From contig DHHN01000209.1 of NCBI GenBank assembly GCA_002403295.1, positions 10,489-29,285 on the forward strand: a DNA stretch of 18,797 bases. The letters are read 5' to 3'. Position 1 is the stretch's first letter. Each line of letters begins with the position of its first letter. Positions 1 through 6,830 of the stretch are shown in pieces. The notes under the pieces are model-generated. The model saw nothing but the letters and a program-made list of their open reading frames with translations, had not been told where the DNA came from and searched no databases. The translations under genes and the position numbers were made by a program. This stretch comes from a bacterium UBP1_UBA4771. Its GTDB lineage: Bacteria > Krumholzibacteriota > Krumholzibacteriia > Krumholzibacteriales > Krumholzibacteriaceae.

Positions 1-498
1 CCGCCGGCGCACGAGCTCGCCATGAAGCTCCACGAGCTCGAGGGGAAACGTATGTTCACGGCGCGATTCTCCATCCGCTCGAGCAAGGAGACGTGGCGGA
101 TCTTCGCGTCGATCTGCAAGATCGGCGGCAGCGAGGGATGGTTCACGCACAATTGGATGTGGCGGCTTCGCGGCTGGGTGGACAAGGTGCTCATGGGCGT
201 CGGCCACGGCCGCGGGCGGCGGAGCCAAACAACGCTCAAGGTCAGCGACGTCATCGACTGGTGGCGGATCGAGGATCTGCAGCCGGATATGCGGCTCCTG
301 CTCCGCGCCGAGATGAAGCTCCCCGGCAAGGCATGGCTCGAGTTCGACATCGAGCCGGTCGACGGGAAAAACCGGCTCTCGATCGTCGCCCACTATTACA
401 CGGAATCGCTCGCGGGCAGGATCTACTGGTACGTCTTCGTGCCCTTCCACCACGTCATCTTCAACGACCTCATCAGGCAGATCGAGAAGCGGGCCTGA
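1..498 (+). CDS. 3' portion of a DUF2867-domain protein gene. The DUF2867 domain is the C-terminal domain found fused to NAD(P)-binding SDR-like domains. The CDS is open from base 1 (5'-truncated by the window edge) and its stop is at 496-498
   Basis: Frame 1 is open from position 1 through the listed ORF 22-498 with no upstream stop. The protein has W/Y-rich motifs (GWF..NWMWRLRGW, AWLEFDIEP, YWYVFVPFHHVIFN) that I recognise as DUF2867-like. GC3 bias is coding-like. Identity is from memory of the family, not a search. Confidence 0.55.
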   Translation, partial: PPAHELAMKLHELEGKRMFTARFSIRSSKETWRIFASICKIGGSEGWFTHNWMWRLRGWVDKVLMGVGHGRGRRSQTTLKVSDVIDWWRIEDLQPDMRLLLRAEMKLPGKAWLEFDIEPVDGKNRLSIVAHYYTESLAGRIYWYVFVPFHHVIFNDLIRQIEKRA

Positions 499-521
499 GG
501 CGGCGCCGCCGGCGCGCGATC

Positions 522-541
522 GGGGCGGGGCCGTCCCTTTT
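522..541 (+). terminator. Possible weak intrinsic terminator after the DUF2867 gene: GC-rich imperfect hairpin (ggggc..gtccc, one G-U pair) followed by TTTT at 538-541
   Basis: Hand-folded. It lies in the 52-bp gap between convergent genes (498 / 551). The stem is short and imperfect. Confidence 0.25.
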
Positions 542-550
542 CGTCCCCCA

Positions 551-1987
551 TCACCACGCGCCCGAGGCGAGGAATTCGTTGATCGCGTGCGCGGCCTTGC
601 GCCCCTGCCCCATCGCGAGGATCACGGTCGCGGCGCCGAGCACGATGTCGCCGCCGGCGTAAACGCCCTTTTTGCTCGTCTTGAGCGTCTCCTCGTCGGC
701 CACGATGTTCCCCCACTTGTTCACCGCGATGTCGGGGGTCGTCGCGGGCACGAGCGGATTCGAGGCGTTGCCGATCGCGACGATGCAGGCGTCGATCGCG
801 ACGCGGAACTCGCTCCCCTCGATCGGCACGGGGCGGCGGCGGCCCGAGGCGTCGGGCTCGCCGAGCTCCATCTTGATGCACTCGACCTCCCGCACCCAGC
901 CGTCGTCGTCGCCGATGAGCCGTATGGGATTCTGAAGGAGCATCATCTGGACGCCCTCCTGCTCCGCGTGGTGGACCTCCTCCACCCGCGCGGGCATCTC
1001 CGCCTTGGAGCGCCGGTAAATGAGGTACACGTTCTCGGCGCCGAGGCGGAGCGCCGTGCGCGCCGCATCCATCGCGACGTTCCCGCCGCCGAAGACGGCG
1101 ACGTTCCTCGCGCGGGCGATCGGCGTGTCGGACTCGGGGAACGAGTACGCCGCCATGAGGTTCGCGCGCGTGAGGTACTCGTTCGCGGAGTAAACGCCGT
1201 TCAGGTTCTCGCCGGGGATGCGCATGAAGAGCGGGAGCCCCGCGCCCGTGGCGACGAAGACCGCGTCGAACCCCTCGTCGAAGAGCTCGTCGATGGTGGC
1301 GGTCTTGCCGACGACGTAGTTCGTGCGGACGGTGACGCCCATGCGCTCGAGGTTTCGCACCTCGCGCATCACGATGCGCTTCGGAAGGCGGAACTCGGGG
1401 ATCCCGTAGATGAGGACGCCCCCCGGCCTGTGGAGCGCCTCGAAGACCGTCACCTCGTGCCCCTCGCGGCGCACGTCGGCCGCGACGGTGAGCCCCGCGG
1501 GACCCGAGCCCACGACGGCGACGCGCTTTCCCGTCGAGGCCTTGATGACGGGCACCTCGGCCTCGCCCCGCTCCATCTCCCAGTCGGCGGCGAAGCGCTC
1601 GAGCTTGCCGATCTGGACAGCCTTGTCGACGTCCTTGTGGGCCTTGCCGACGACGCAGCCCTTCTGGCACTGCTCTTCCTGCGGGCAGACGCGGCCGCAG
1701 ACGGCGGGGAGAATGTTCGTTTCTTTTATCTTGTTGATCGAGTCGCGGTATTTCCCTTCGACGATCGCCTTGATGAACGCGGGGATGTCGATCTCGACCG
1801 GGCAGCCCTTCACGCACGGGGCGTTCTTGCACTGGAGGCACCGCTGCGACTCGGTGAGCGCCATCGCGGCGTCGTAACCGATCGGGACCTCGCTCACGTT
1901 GCGGACGCGTTCGCGGGGATCCTGTTCCGGCATCGCGACCGGCGGGATCTGGAGCCGTTCCTTCGTCGTGAGGTTCTTCGCTTCCAT
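551..1987 (-). CDS. nfnB: NfnB / SudA / GltD-like subunit: NADPH-dependent glutamate-synthase small-subunit-like FAD/NAD(P) oxidoreductase with N-terminal [4Fe-4S] cysteine motifs. It pairs with the upstream nfnA-like gene
   Basis: 478-aa ORF. Cys motifs CLQCKNAPCVKGCPV and CGRVCPQEEQCQKGCVV are present. The GxGxxG dinucleotide folds VAVVGSGPAGLT and VAVFGGGNVAMD are present. The sequence aligns motif-for-motif with Thermotoga NfnB / Pyrococcus SudA as I recall them. AAGGAGG lies just after the nfnA stop, about 24 nt upstream of the ATG. Confidence 0.85.
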   Translation of the reverse strand: MEAKNLTTKERLQIPPVAMPEQDPRERVRNVSEVPIGYDAAMALTESQRCLQCKNAPCVKGCPVEIDIPAFIKAIVEGKYRDSINKIKETNILPAVCGRVCPQEEQCQKGCVVGKAHKDVDKAVQIGKLERFAADWEMERGEAEVPVIKASTGKRVAVVGSGPAGLTVAADVRREGHEVTVFEALHRPGGVLIYGIPEFRLPKRIVMREVRNLERMGVTVRTNYVVGKTATIDELFDEGFDAVFVATGAGLPLFMRIPGENLNGVYSANEYLTRANLMAAYSFPESDTPIARARNVAVFGGGNVAMDAARTALRLGAENVYLIYRRSKAEMPARVEEVHHAEQEGVQMMLLQNPIRLIGDDDGWVREVECIKMELGEPDASGRRRPVPIEGSEFRVAIDACIVAIGNASNPLVPATTPDIAVNKWGNIVADEETLKTSKKGVYAGGDIVLGAATVILAMGQGRKAAHAINEFLASGAW

Positions 1988-2021
1988 CGCGTGGCGCGGC
2001 TCTCGCCGCTTGCCTCCTTGC

Positions 2022-2864
2022 TCAGCGGTGCTTCCCGCAACAGCCCTGCTCGTAGCGCTCGCGGGACGTCTTCTCGTCCGACTCGTAGGCGCGCAGCCGC
2101 TTCATCATCTCGTCGAAATCGACCTTGTGGCCGTCGAACTCGGGGCCGTCGACGCAGACGAACTTCGTCTGGTCGCCGACCGTGACGCGGCAGGCGCCGC
2201 ACATGCCGGTGCCGTCGACCATGATCGTGTTGAGGCTCACGAGGGTCGGGATGTCGAACTTCTTCGTGAGCAGGCTCACGAACTTCATCATGATCGGCGG
2301 CCCGATCGCGACGACGAGGTTGATCTTCTCCCCCTCGTCGACGAGCTTCTGTATCGCGTCGGTGACGAGCCCCTTGATGCCATAGGAGCCGTCGTCGGTG
2401 GTGACGACCACGCGGTCGCTCGTCGCGCGCATCTTTTCCTCCATGATGACGAGGTCTTTCGTGCGTCCGCCGAGGATCGAGATGACGCGGTTCCCCGCGC
2501 GCTTCATCGCCTGCGCGATCGGATGCGAGGGTGCGATGCCGATGCCGCCGCCGACGATGACGACCGTGCCGAAGAACTCGATGTGCGTCGGCTTCCCGAG
2601 CGGTCCCGCGAGATCGCAGATCTCCTGGCCGGGGCCGAGGGCGGAAAGCTGCTTCGTCGTCTTTCCGACGACCTGCACGACGAGCTCGATCCAGCCCTCA
2701 TCGGCGTTGCCGTCGGCGATCGTGAGGGGGATCCGCTCCCCCGCGTCGCACGTGCGGAGAATGATGAACTGCCCGGCCTTGCGCTTGCGCGCGATCTCAG
2801 GCGCCTCGACCTTCATGCGGAAGACGAACGGCGTGATGAATTCCTTTTCGAGAATTTTGTTCAT
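2022..2864 (-). CDS. nfnA: NfnA / SudB-like subunit: ferredoxin-NADP reductase-like FAD-binding protein with a C-terminal [2Fe-2S] Cys cluster (dihydroorotate dehydrogenase electron-transfer subunit fold)
   Basis: The listed ORF is 2022-2930. I place the start at internal Met MNKILEKEF (ATG 2864), which has GGGGTG SD-like sequence upstream. Motifs GGGIGIAP, GMCGACRV and FVCVDGPEF are present. The gene sits immediately upstream of nfnB in the same orientation, the canonical nfnAB order. Confidence 0.8.
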   Translation of the reverse strand: MNKILEKEFITPFVFRMKVEAPEIARKRKAGQFIILRTCDAGERIPLTIADGNADEGWIELVVQVVGKTTKQLSALGPGQEICDLAGPLGKPTHIEFFGTVVIVGGGIGIAPSHPIAQAMKRAGNRVISILGGRTKDLVIMEEKMRATSDRVVVTTDDGSYGIKGLVTDAIQKLVDEGEKINLVVAIGPPIMMKFVSLLTKKFDIPTLVSLNTIMVDGTGMCGACRVTVGDQTKFVCVDGPEFDGHKVDFDEMMKRLRAYESDEKTSRERYEQGCCGKHR

Positions 2865-2933
2865 GTCACCCCGCGTGCAGAATGCATCTTCTTGTTTTGT
2901 AACGGGATACCGAACGGTTCCCGCCCTCATTCG

Positions 2934-2968
2934 AAAAAAGGAACGCCGCGCAGAACGCAGGTGCGCGG
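2934..2968 (-). terminator. Possible minus-strand hairpin (ccgcgca / tgcgcgg, 7-bp GC stem, 9-nt loop at 2946-2968) followed after 6 nt by U6 (A-run 2934-2939 on plus). A second hairpin lies at 2976-2992
   Basis: Seen by hand in the 250-bp gap between the pstB stop (3115) and the nfnA start (2864). The U-run is not directly adjacent to the stem, so this is a weak call. It could be a pst operon terminator or nfnA leader structure. Confidence 0.25.
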
Positions 2969-3114
2969 TTGTGGCGGCGAACGGAGTTCGCCTGTATTTG
3001 TATCAGCGGGAAGGGCATGAAATCAAGAGCTTTTTCGAGGAGAACGGCGCCGCCCGGGTCCGCGCCCCGGATATCGCGGATGCGCGCCGCGGCTCGCCTC
3101 CCGCCGCCCCGCGA

Positions 3115-3888
3115 TCAGCTGATGCTCCCCTTGACGTACTCGCGCGTCATCGCCTGTTCCGGCTCCTCGAAGATCTTCCCCGCCGGCCCGTGCTCCACGA
3201 GTTCGCCGAGGTACAGGAATATCACGTAGTCGGCGAGACGCTTCGCCTGACGCAGGATATGCGTGACGACGACGATCGTGTACGAGCTCTTCAGCTCCCG
3301 GAAGCGCTCCTCGATGCGCCTGCTCGAGACCGGATCGAGCGCCGAGGTCGGCTCGTCGCAGAGAATGATCTCGGGCTCCACGGCGAGCCCTCTCGCCAGG
3401 CACAGCCGCTGTTGCTGGCCGAGCGACAATTTCGACGCCGGCGCATGCAGCCGGTCCCGCACCTCGTCCCAGAGACCCGATTCCCTGAGCCGGCGCTCGA
3501 CGATCCGGTCGAGCTCGCCGCGCTTCTTCGTCCCGTGGATTCGCGGACCGTAGGCCACGTTGTTATAGATCGACATCGGCAGCGGATACGGCTTTTGCGA
3601 AAGGAGGCCCATCTTTTTCCTGACCCGCGTGACGTCCACGCCGGGCGCGTAGATATTCTCGCCGTCGACGAGCACTTCGCCCGAAACCGCGACGCCGTCG
3701 GCGAGATCGACGAGGCGGTTGAAGGATTTGAGCAGCGTCGTCTTGCCGCAGCCCGACGGCCCGATGATCGCGGTAATCGTGCGCCCCGGTATGTCGACCG
3801 ATATGTTCTTCAGGGCGTGTTCGCGCCCGTAATAAATGTTCAGATTTTTCACTCTGATCGGCGGATCGTGATCCATTGCGCCTCTCAT
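3115..3888 (-). CDS. pstB: Phosphate ABC transporter ATP-binding protein PstB
   Basis: Walker A GPSGCGKTT, ABC signature LSLGQQQRL and Walker B ILCDEPTSALD are present, together with the PstB-typical N-terminus (IRVKNLNIYYG). The listed 530-aa ORF 3115-4707 is an artifactual N-extension. The start ATG at 3888 overlaps the pstA stop (ATGA). 257 aa. Confidence 0.9.
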   Translation of the reverse strand: MRGAMDHDPPIRVKNLNIYYGREHALKNISVDIPGRTITAIIGPSGCGKTTLLKSFNRLVDLADGVAVSGEVLVDGENIYAPGVDVTRVRKKMGLLSQKPYPLPMSIYNNVAYGPRIHGTKKRGELDRIVERRLRESGLWDEVRDRLHAPASKLSLGQQQRLCLARGLAVEPEIILCDEPTSALDPVSSRRIEERFRELKSSYTIVVVTHILRQAKRLADYVIFLYLGELVEHGPAGKIFEEPEQAMTREYVKGSIS

Positions 3889-4736
3889 TTCACGATGTGC
3901 TTCGTGAGATTTCTCGCGAGAACCCTCGAAACGAGGCTGATCGCAAGGACGATCAGCGTGAGAATGAGCGCCGACGCGTAGGCCCGGTTTTGAACCTCGG
4001 GAAACGGAGTCCCGAGCTGATAAAAGATCGCGAGCGGCAGCGTCGCCGCCGGGCGAAGAAGGGACGACGGCACGGCGTCGGTAAAGCCCGCCGTGAACAT
4101 GACGGAGGCCGCGTCCCCGATCCCCCTGCCGAAGGCGATGAGCGTCGCCGTCACGATCCCCGGCACGGCCTGCCGCGCCACGACCTTGAGGGCCGTCTCG
4201 AGCCGCGTCGCGCCGAGGGCGTACGACGCCTCGAAAAGCTCGTGTGGAACGGTCCGGACGACCTCGTCCATGGCCCTGCTCATGATGGGGAGAATGAGGA
4301 GCGCGACGGCGATTATGCCGCCGAGGAGCGACGCCTTGAGCCCGAACAGAAGCATGATGGTGAATCCGAAGGCTCCGTAGACGATCGATGGAACGCCCCA
4401 GAGGACGTCGAGGGAAAACCTCGTGAAGAGCACGAAGCGGGAGCGTTTCTTCGCGTACACGTTGAGATAGAGCACGATGGGGACGCTGAGGAAGAGCGCG
4501 AGCGCCGTTGCTCCGCCGGCGAGATAGAGCGAGCCGACGATCGCGTTCAGAATTCCCCCTTCCTTCCCGAGGTAGTATCCCCCCCTCGGCGTCTGGGTGA
4601 GCATCGCCATGTTCAGGGAGGGCAATCCTTTCGCGAGGATCGTCGCCATTATGAGAAAAAGACTCAGGAAGAGCGCGAAGGCGGCGGCGGCCGCGAGGGT
4701 CTTCCACACGAACTCTTCCACCTTTCTCGCGTCCAA
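3885..4736 (-). CDS. pstA: Phosphate ABC transporter permease PstA
   Basis: C-terminal 285 codons of the listed ORF 3885-5732. It has multiple TM helices and an EAA-like loop (ASYALGATRLETALKVVARQAVPGIV). There is no in-frame ATG near the expected start. I place the start at TTG 4734-4736, 12 nt after AAGGAG, with GTG 4719-4721 as the alternative. The exact start is uncertain. Confidence 0.75.
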   Translation of the reverse strand: MDARKVEEFVWKTLAAAAAFALFLSLFLIMATILAKGLPSLNMAMLTQTPRGGYYLGKEGGILNAIVGSLYLAGGATALALFLSVPIVLYLNVYAKKRSRFVLFTRFSLDVLWGVPSIVYGAFGFTIMLLFGLKASLLGGIIAVALLILPIMSRAMDEVVRTVPHELFEASYALGATRLETALKVVARQAVPGIVTATLIAFGRGIGDAASVMFTAGFTDAVPSSLLRPAATLPLAIFYQLGTPFPEVQNRAYASALILTLIVLAISLVSRVLARNLTKHIVK

Positions 4737-4738
4737 CG

Positions 4739-5626
4739 CTATTGCACGCTCCTTTCGACCCGCAGCAGGATCGCGCGCGCCGCGACGTTGACGAGAAGCA
4801 CCACCATCAAGAGCGCGAGCGCCGCGAGAAGCAGCGCCGAGTCGTACATCGGCACGGAGAGCATCTCGCCGTACTTGTTCGCGATGAGCGCCGGAAGGGG
4901 ATAGGCGGGATCGAATACCGTCTTCGGAACGGCGGCCACGTTGCCGGCGACCATGAGCACGGCCATCGTCTCCCCGAAGGCCCGCGACAATCCGAGGACG
5001 ACGGCGGCAATGACGCCCGGCATCGCCTTGCGCATGACGACGTGCCGTATCGTCTGCCACCGGGTGGCGCCGAGCGCGAGAGACGCCTCTCTCACTTCGT
5101 TCGGGACGGTTTTGAGGACTTCGACCGAAACGTGAACGATGACCGGAAACACCATGACCGCGAGAACGATGCCCGCCGCGAGCACGCAGTAGCCGCTCGA
5201 CGAGACGCCGGCGAGCGGAGCGACGTGATTCTTGATGAGCGGCACGACGACGAGCACTCCCCAGACGCCGAACACGACCGACGGTATGCCGGCGAGGAGA
5301 TCGATGAGCGGGGCGGTCCATTCCCGCAGTCTGCGGGGGGCGTACTCCGCCAGATAGATCGAGGCGAGGAGACAGAGCGGGATCGCGATGGCGACGGCCA
5401 CGGCGGTCACCCACAGCGTGCCCATGATGAACGTGAAGAGCCCGAACTCGCCCCGCAGGGGATGCCATGAGCTCGAAAAGAGGAGCTCCGACAAGGGCTT
5501 CGCCGCGAGTATCGGCCGCGATCTCCCGTATAGTCCGAGGATCATGGCGAAAACGACGAGTCCGGGGACGCCCGCGAGCGCCAGCATGCCCGCGCCGGCG
5601 AGCTTGTCTTTGACGAGCCTGATCAT
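4739..5626 (-). CDS. pstC: Phosphate ABC transporter permease PstC
   Basis: 295 aa, polytopic. The motif LGLSRAFGETMAVLMVAGN matches the PstC GETMAV signature. It starts 6 nt after the pstS stop. Confidence 0.85.
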   Translation of the reverse strand: MIRLVKDKLAGAGMLALAGVPGLVVFAMILGLYGRSRPILAAKPLSELLFSSSWHPLRGEFGLFTFIMGTLWVTAVAVAIAIPLCLLASIYLAEYAPRRLREWTAPLIDLLAGIPSVVFGVWGVLVVVPLIKNHVAPLAGVSSSGYCVLAAGIVLAVMVFPVIVHVSVEVLKTVPNEVREASLALGATRWQTIRHVVMRKAMPGVIAAVVLGLSRAFGETMAVLMVAGNVAAVPKTVFDPAYPLPALIANKYGEMLSVPMYDSALLLAALALLMVVLLVNVAARAILLRVERSVQ

Positions 5627-5632
5627 TGCTTC

Positions 5633-6607
5633 TTACTCTTCGAGCTTCCGCAGCTCTGCCTCGAGCCGCTCCCGGCTCAGGCCCACGTACCCCGCCTCGG
5701 ATACGTACCGTTGCCCGTCGGTCAAAACCCACGTGATGAATTCGATCGCGGCTCGCCGCGCCGGCCTTCCCCGCGAAACGAAGTACAGATCCCTCGCGGG
5801 CGGCGAGGGATAGCGGCCCGAGGCGATCGCCGCGACGAGCGTGTCGCGGTTGCCGTAGAAATCCTCGTGCGGGTCGAGCCGGCCGTTGCCGTCGAGATCG
5901 ATGGGGAGCACCCGCAGCCCGGCGATCGGCCGCTTCGTCGCCGCGTCGTACGCGAAGTTTATATTGTTGAAACCGATCCCCAGGGCGTCCCTCTGTATCG
6001 CCTCAGCCACCCCCGGATCGCCGTACACCCCCACGCCGCGCATGTCATCCTGCTGCTTCCCGAGATACTTCGCCCACGTTTCGGCGGCGCCGCACGCGTC
6101 GGAGCGGGTGTAGACGCGGATGGGGCGCGGAGCGGCGCCCGGAACGACGTCGCTCCAACTCGCGGTCTCGCCCGTCACCCATATGCCGATCAACGATTCC
6201 CGTTTCGCTCCCGCGCGCAGCAGATCCCCGAGGGCCGGATTGTTTTCGCTCACCGTGGGAACGACGGCGTCCACGACCACCGCGACGCACCAGGCCCCCT
6301 TCTCGATCTCGGCCGGATAGATGTCGCGCGAAACGCCGCCGAAATCCGCCACGCCGGCGAGCGCATCCGCCATGCCCTTCCCCGCCCCGCCGGCCGAGAC
6401 ATCGATCCGTATCCTCGGATGGATCGCCTCGAATTCCTCGGCCCACCTGACGGTCATGGGGTAGAGCGCCCACGCGCCCGAGATCGTTATCGTGCCTTCG
6501 AGATCGTTCGAGTCCGATTTCTTATCGTCGCCGCCCCGGCAGCCGGAGCCGGCGAGAACGACGATCGCGAGCAACCCGCAGATCGCGCGCTTCGTTCCAT
6601 CCATCAT
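5633..6607 (-). CDS. pstS: Phosphate-binding protein PstS family, predicted lipoprotein
   Basis: Periplasmic-binding-protein-like sequence with a PstS-type fold. The lipobox is LAGSGC after a hydrophobic h-region. I chose the start at ATG 6607 (MMDGTKRAIC...) because GGGAG lies 6 nt upstream. The listed ORF extends to 6667 through two further in-frame Met codons. Confidence 0.8.
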   Translation of the reverse strand: MMDGTKRAICGLLAIVVLAGSGCRGGDDKKSDSNDLEGTITISGAWALYPMTVRWAEEFEAIHPRIRIDVSAGGAGKGMADALAGVADFGGVSRDIYPAEIEKGAWCVAVVVDAVVPTVSENNPALGDLLRAGAKRESLIGIWVTGETASWSDVVPGAAPRPIRVYTRSDACGAAETWAKYLGKQQDDMRGVGVYGDPGVAEAIQRDALGIGFNNINFAYDAATKRPIAGLRVLPIDLDGNGRLDPHEDFYGNRDTLVAAIASGRYPSPPARDLYFVSRGRPARRAAIEFITWVLTDGQRYVSEAGYVGLSRERLEAELRKLEE

Positions 6608-6689
6608 CCGCTTCTCCCGCGTCGACATATTGCAGCGATGGTAAATCGCGGGGCAGGGGTATTTCAACCACTATCGAAGAGCGGCGGCG

Positions 6690-6738
6690 GGACGCCGCAG
6701 GGACGCCGCAGAATAGGAACGCCGCAGGGACGCCGCAG
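6690..6738. promoter_or_regulatory. Direct-repeat array in the pstS / operon-A divergent intergenic region: 4 copies of the 11-bp unit G(G/A)ACGCCGCAG, arranged as a 27-bp tandem duplication
   Basis: The sequence reads gGACGCCGCAGGGACGCCGCAGAATag then gAACGCCGCAGGGACGCCGCAGAATgc. 11-bp (one helical turn) phased direct repeats are the architecture of OmpR/PhoB-family response-regulator sites. This is not the E. coli Pho-box sequence. Confidence 0.4.
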
Positions 6739-6765
6739 AATGCTGCTGAACGGGCGGGGGGCGTA

Positions 6766-6774
6766 TGGTATAAT
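6766..6774 (+). promoter_or_regulatory. Consensus extended -10 element TGgTATAAT, about 56 nt upstream of the gene A start codon
   Basis: TG-n-TATAAT is read directly at 6766-6774, on the plus strand and oriented toward 6831. The repeat array lies 30-80 bp upstream. There is no good -35 (CTGAAC). Confidence 0.4.
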
Positions 6775-6830
6775 TCATGTTCGGCACGCATCGGATGTCC
6801 GGGGCAATCGCACGCCAAAGGAGCCCTTGC

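Noticed and set aside
587-2185. 532-aa plus-strand ORF antisense to nfnB
   Set aside because: It is Arg/Ala/Gly/Asp-rich and low-complexity with no recognisable motifs. It is typical of shadow ORFs opposite real genes in high-GC DNA. nfnB on the other strand has clear homology.
3115-5732. Listed 530-aa and 615-aa minus-strand ORFs as single large proteins
   Set aside because: Each is a normal-sized pstB or pstA with an artifactual open N-terminal extension. Domain boundaries and the ATGA coupling give the real starts.
6690-6738. CRISPR array or classical E. coli Pho box
   Set aside because: There are only 4 short units with no spacers, so this is not CRISPR. There is no CTGTCAT-type Pho-box sequence. 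I treat it as a candidate regulator site only.
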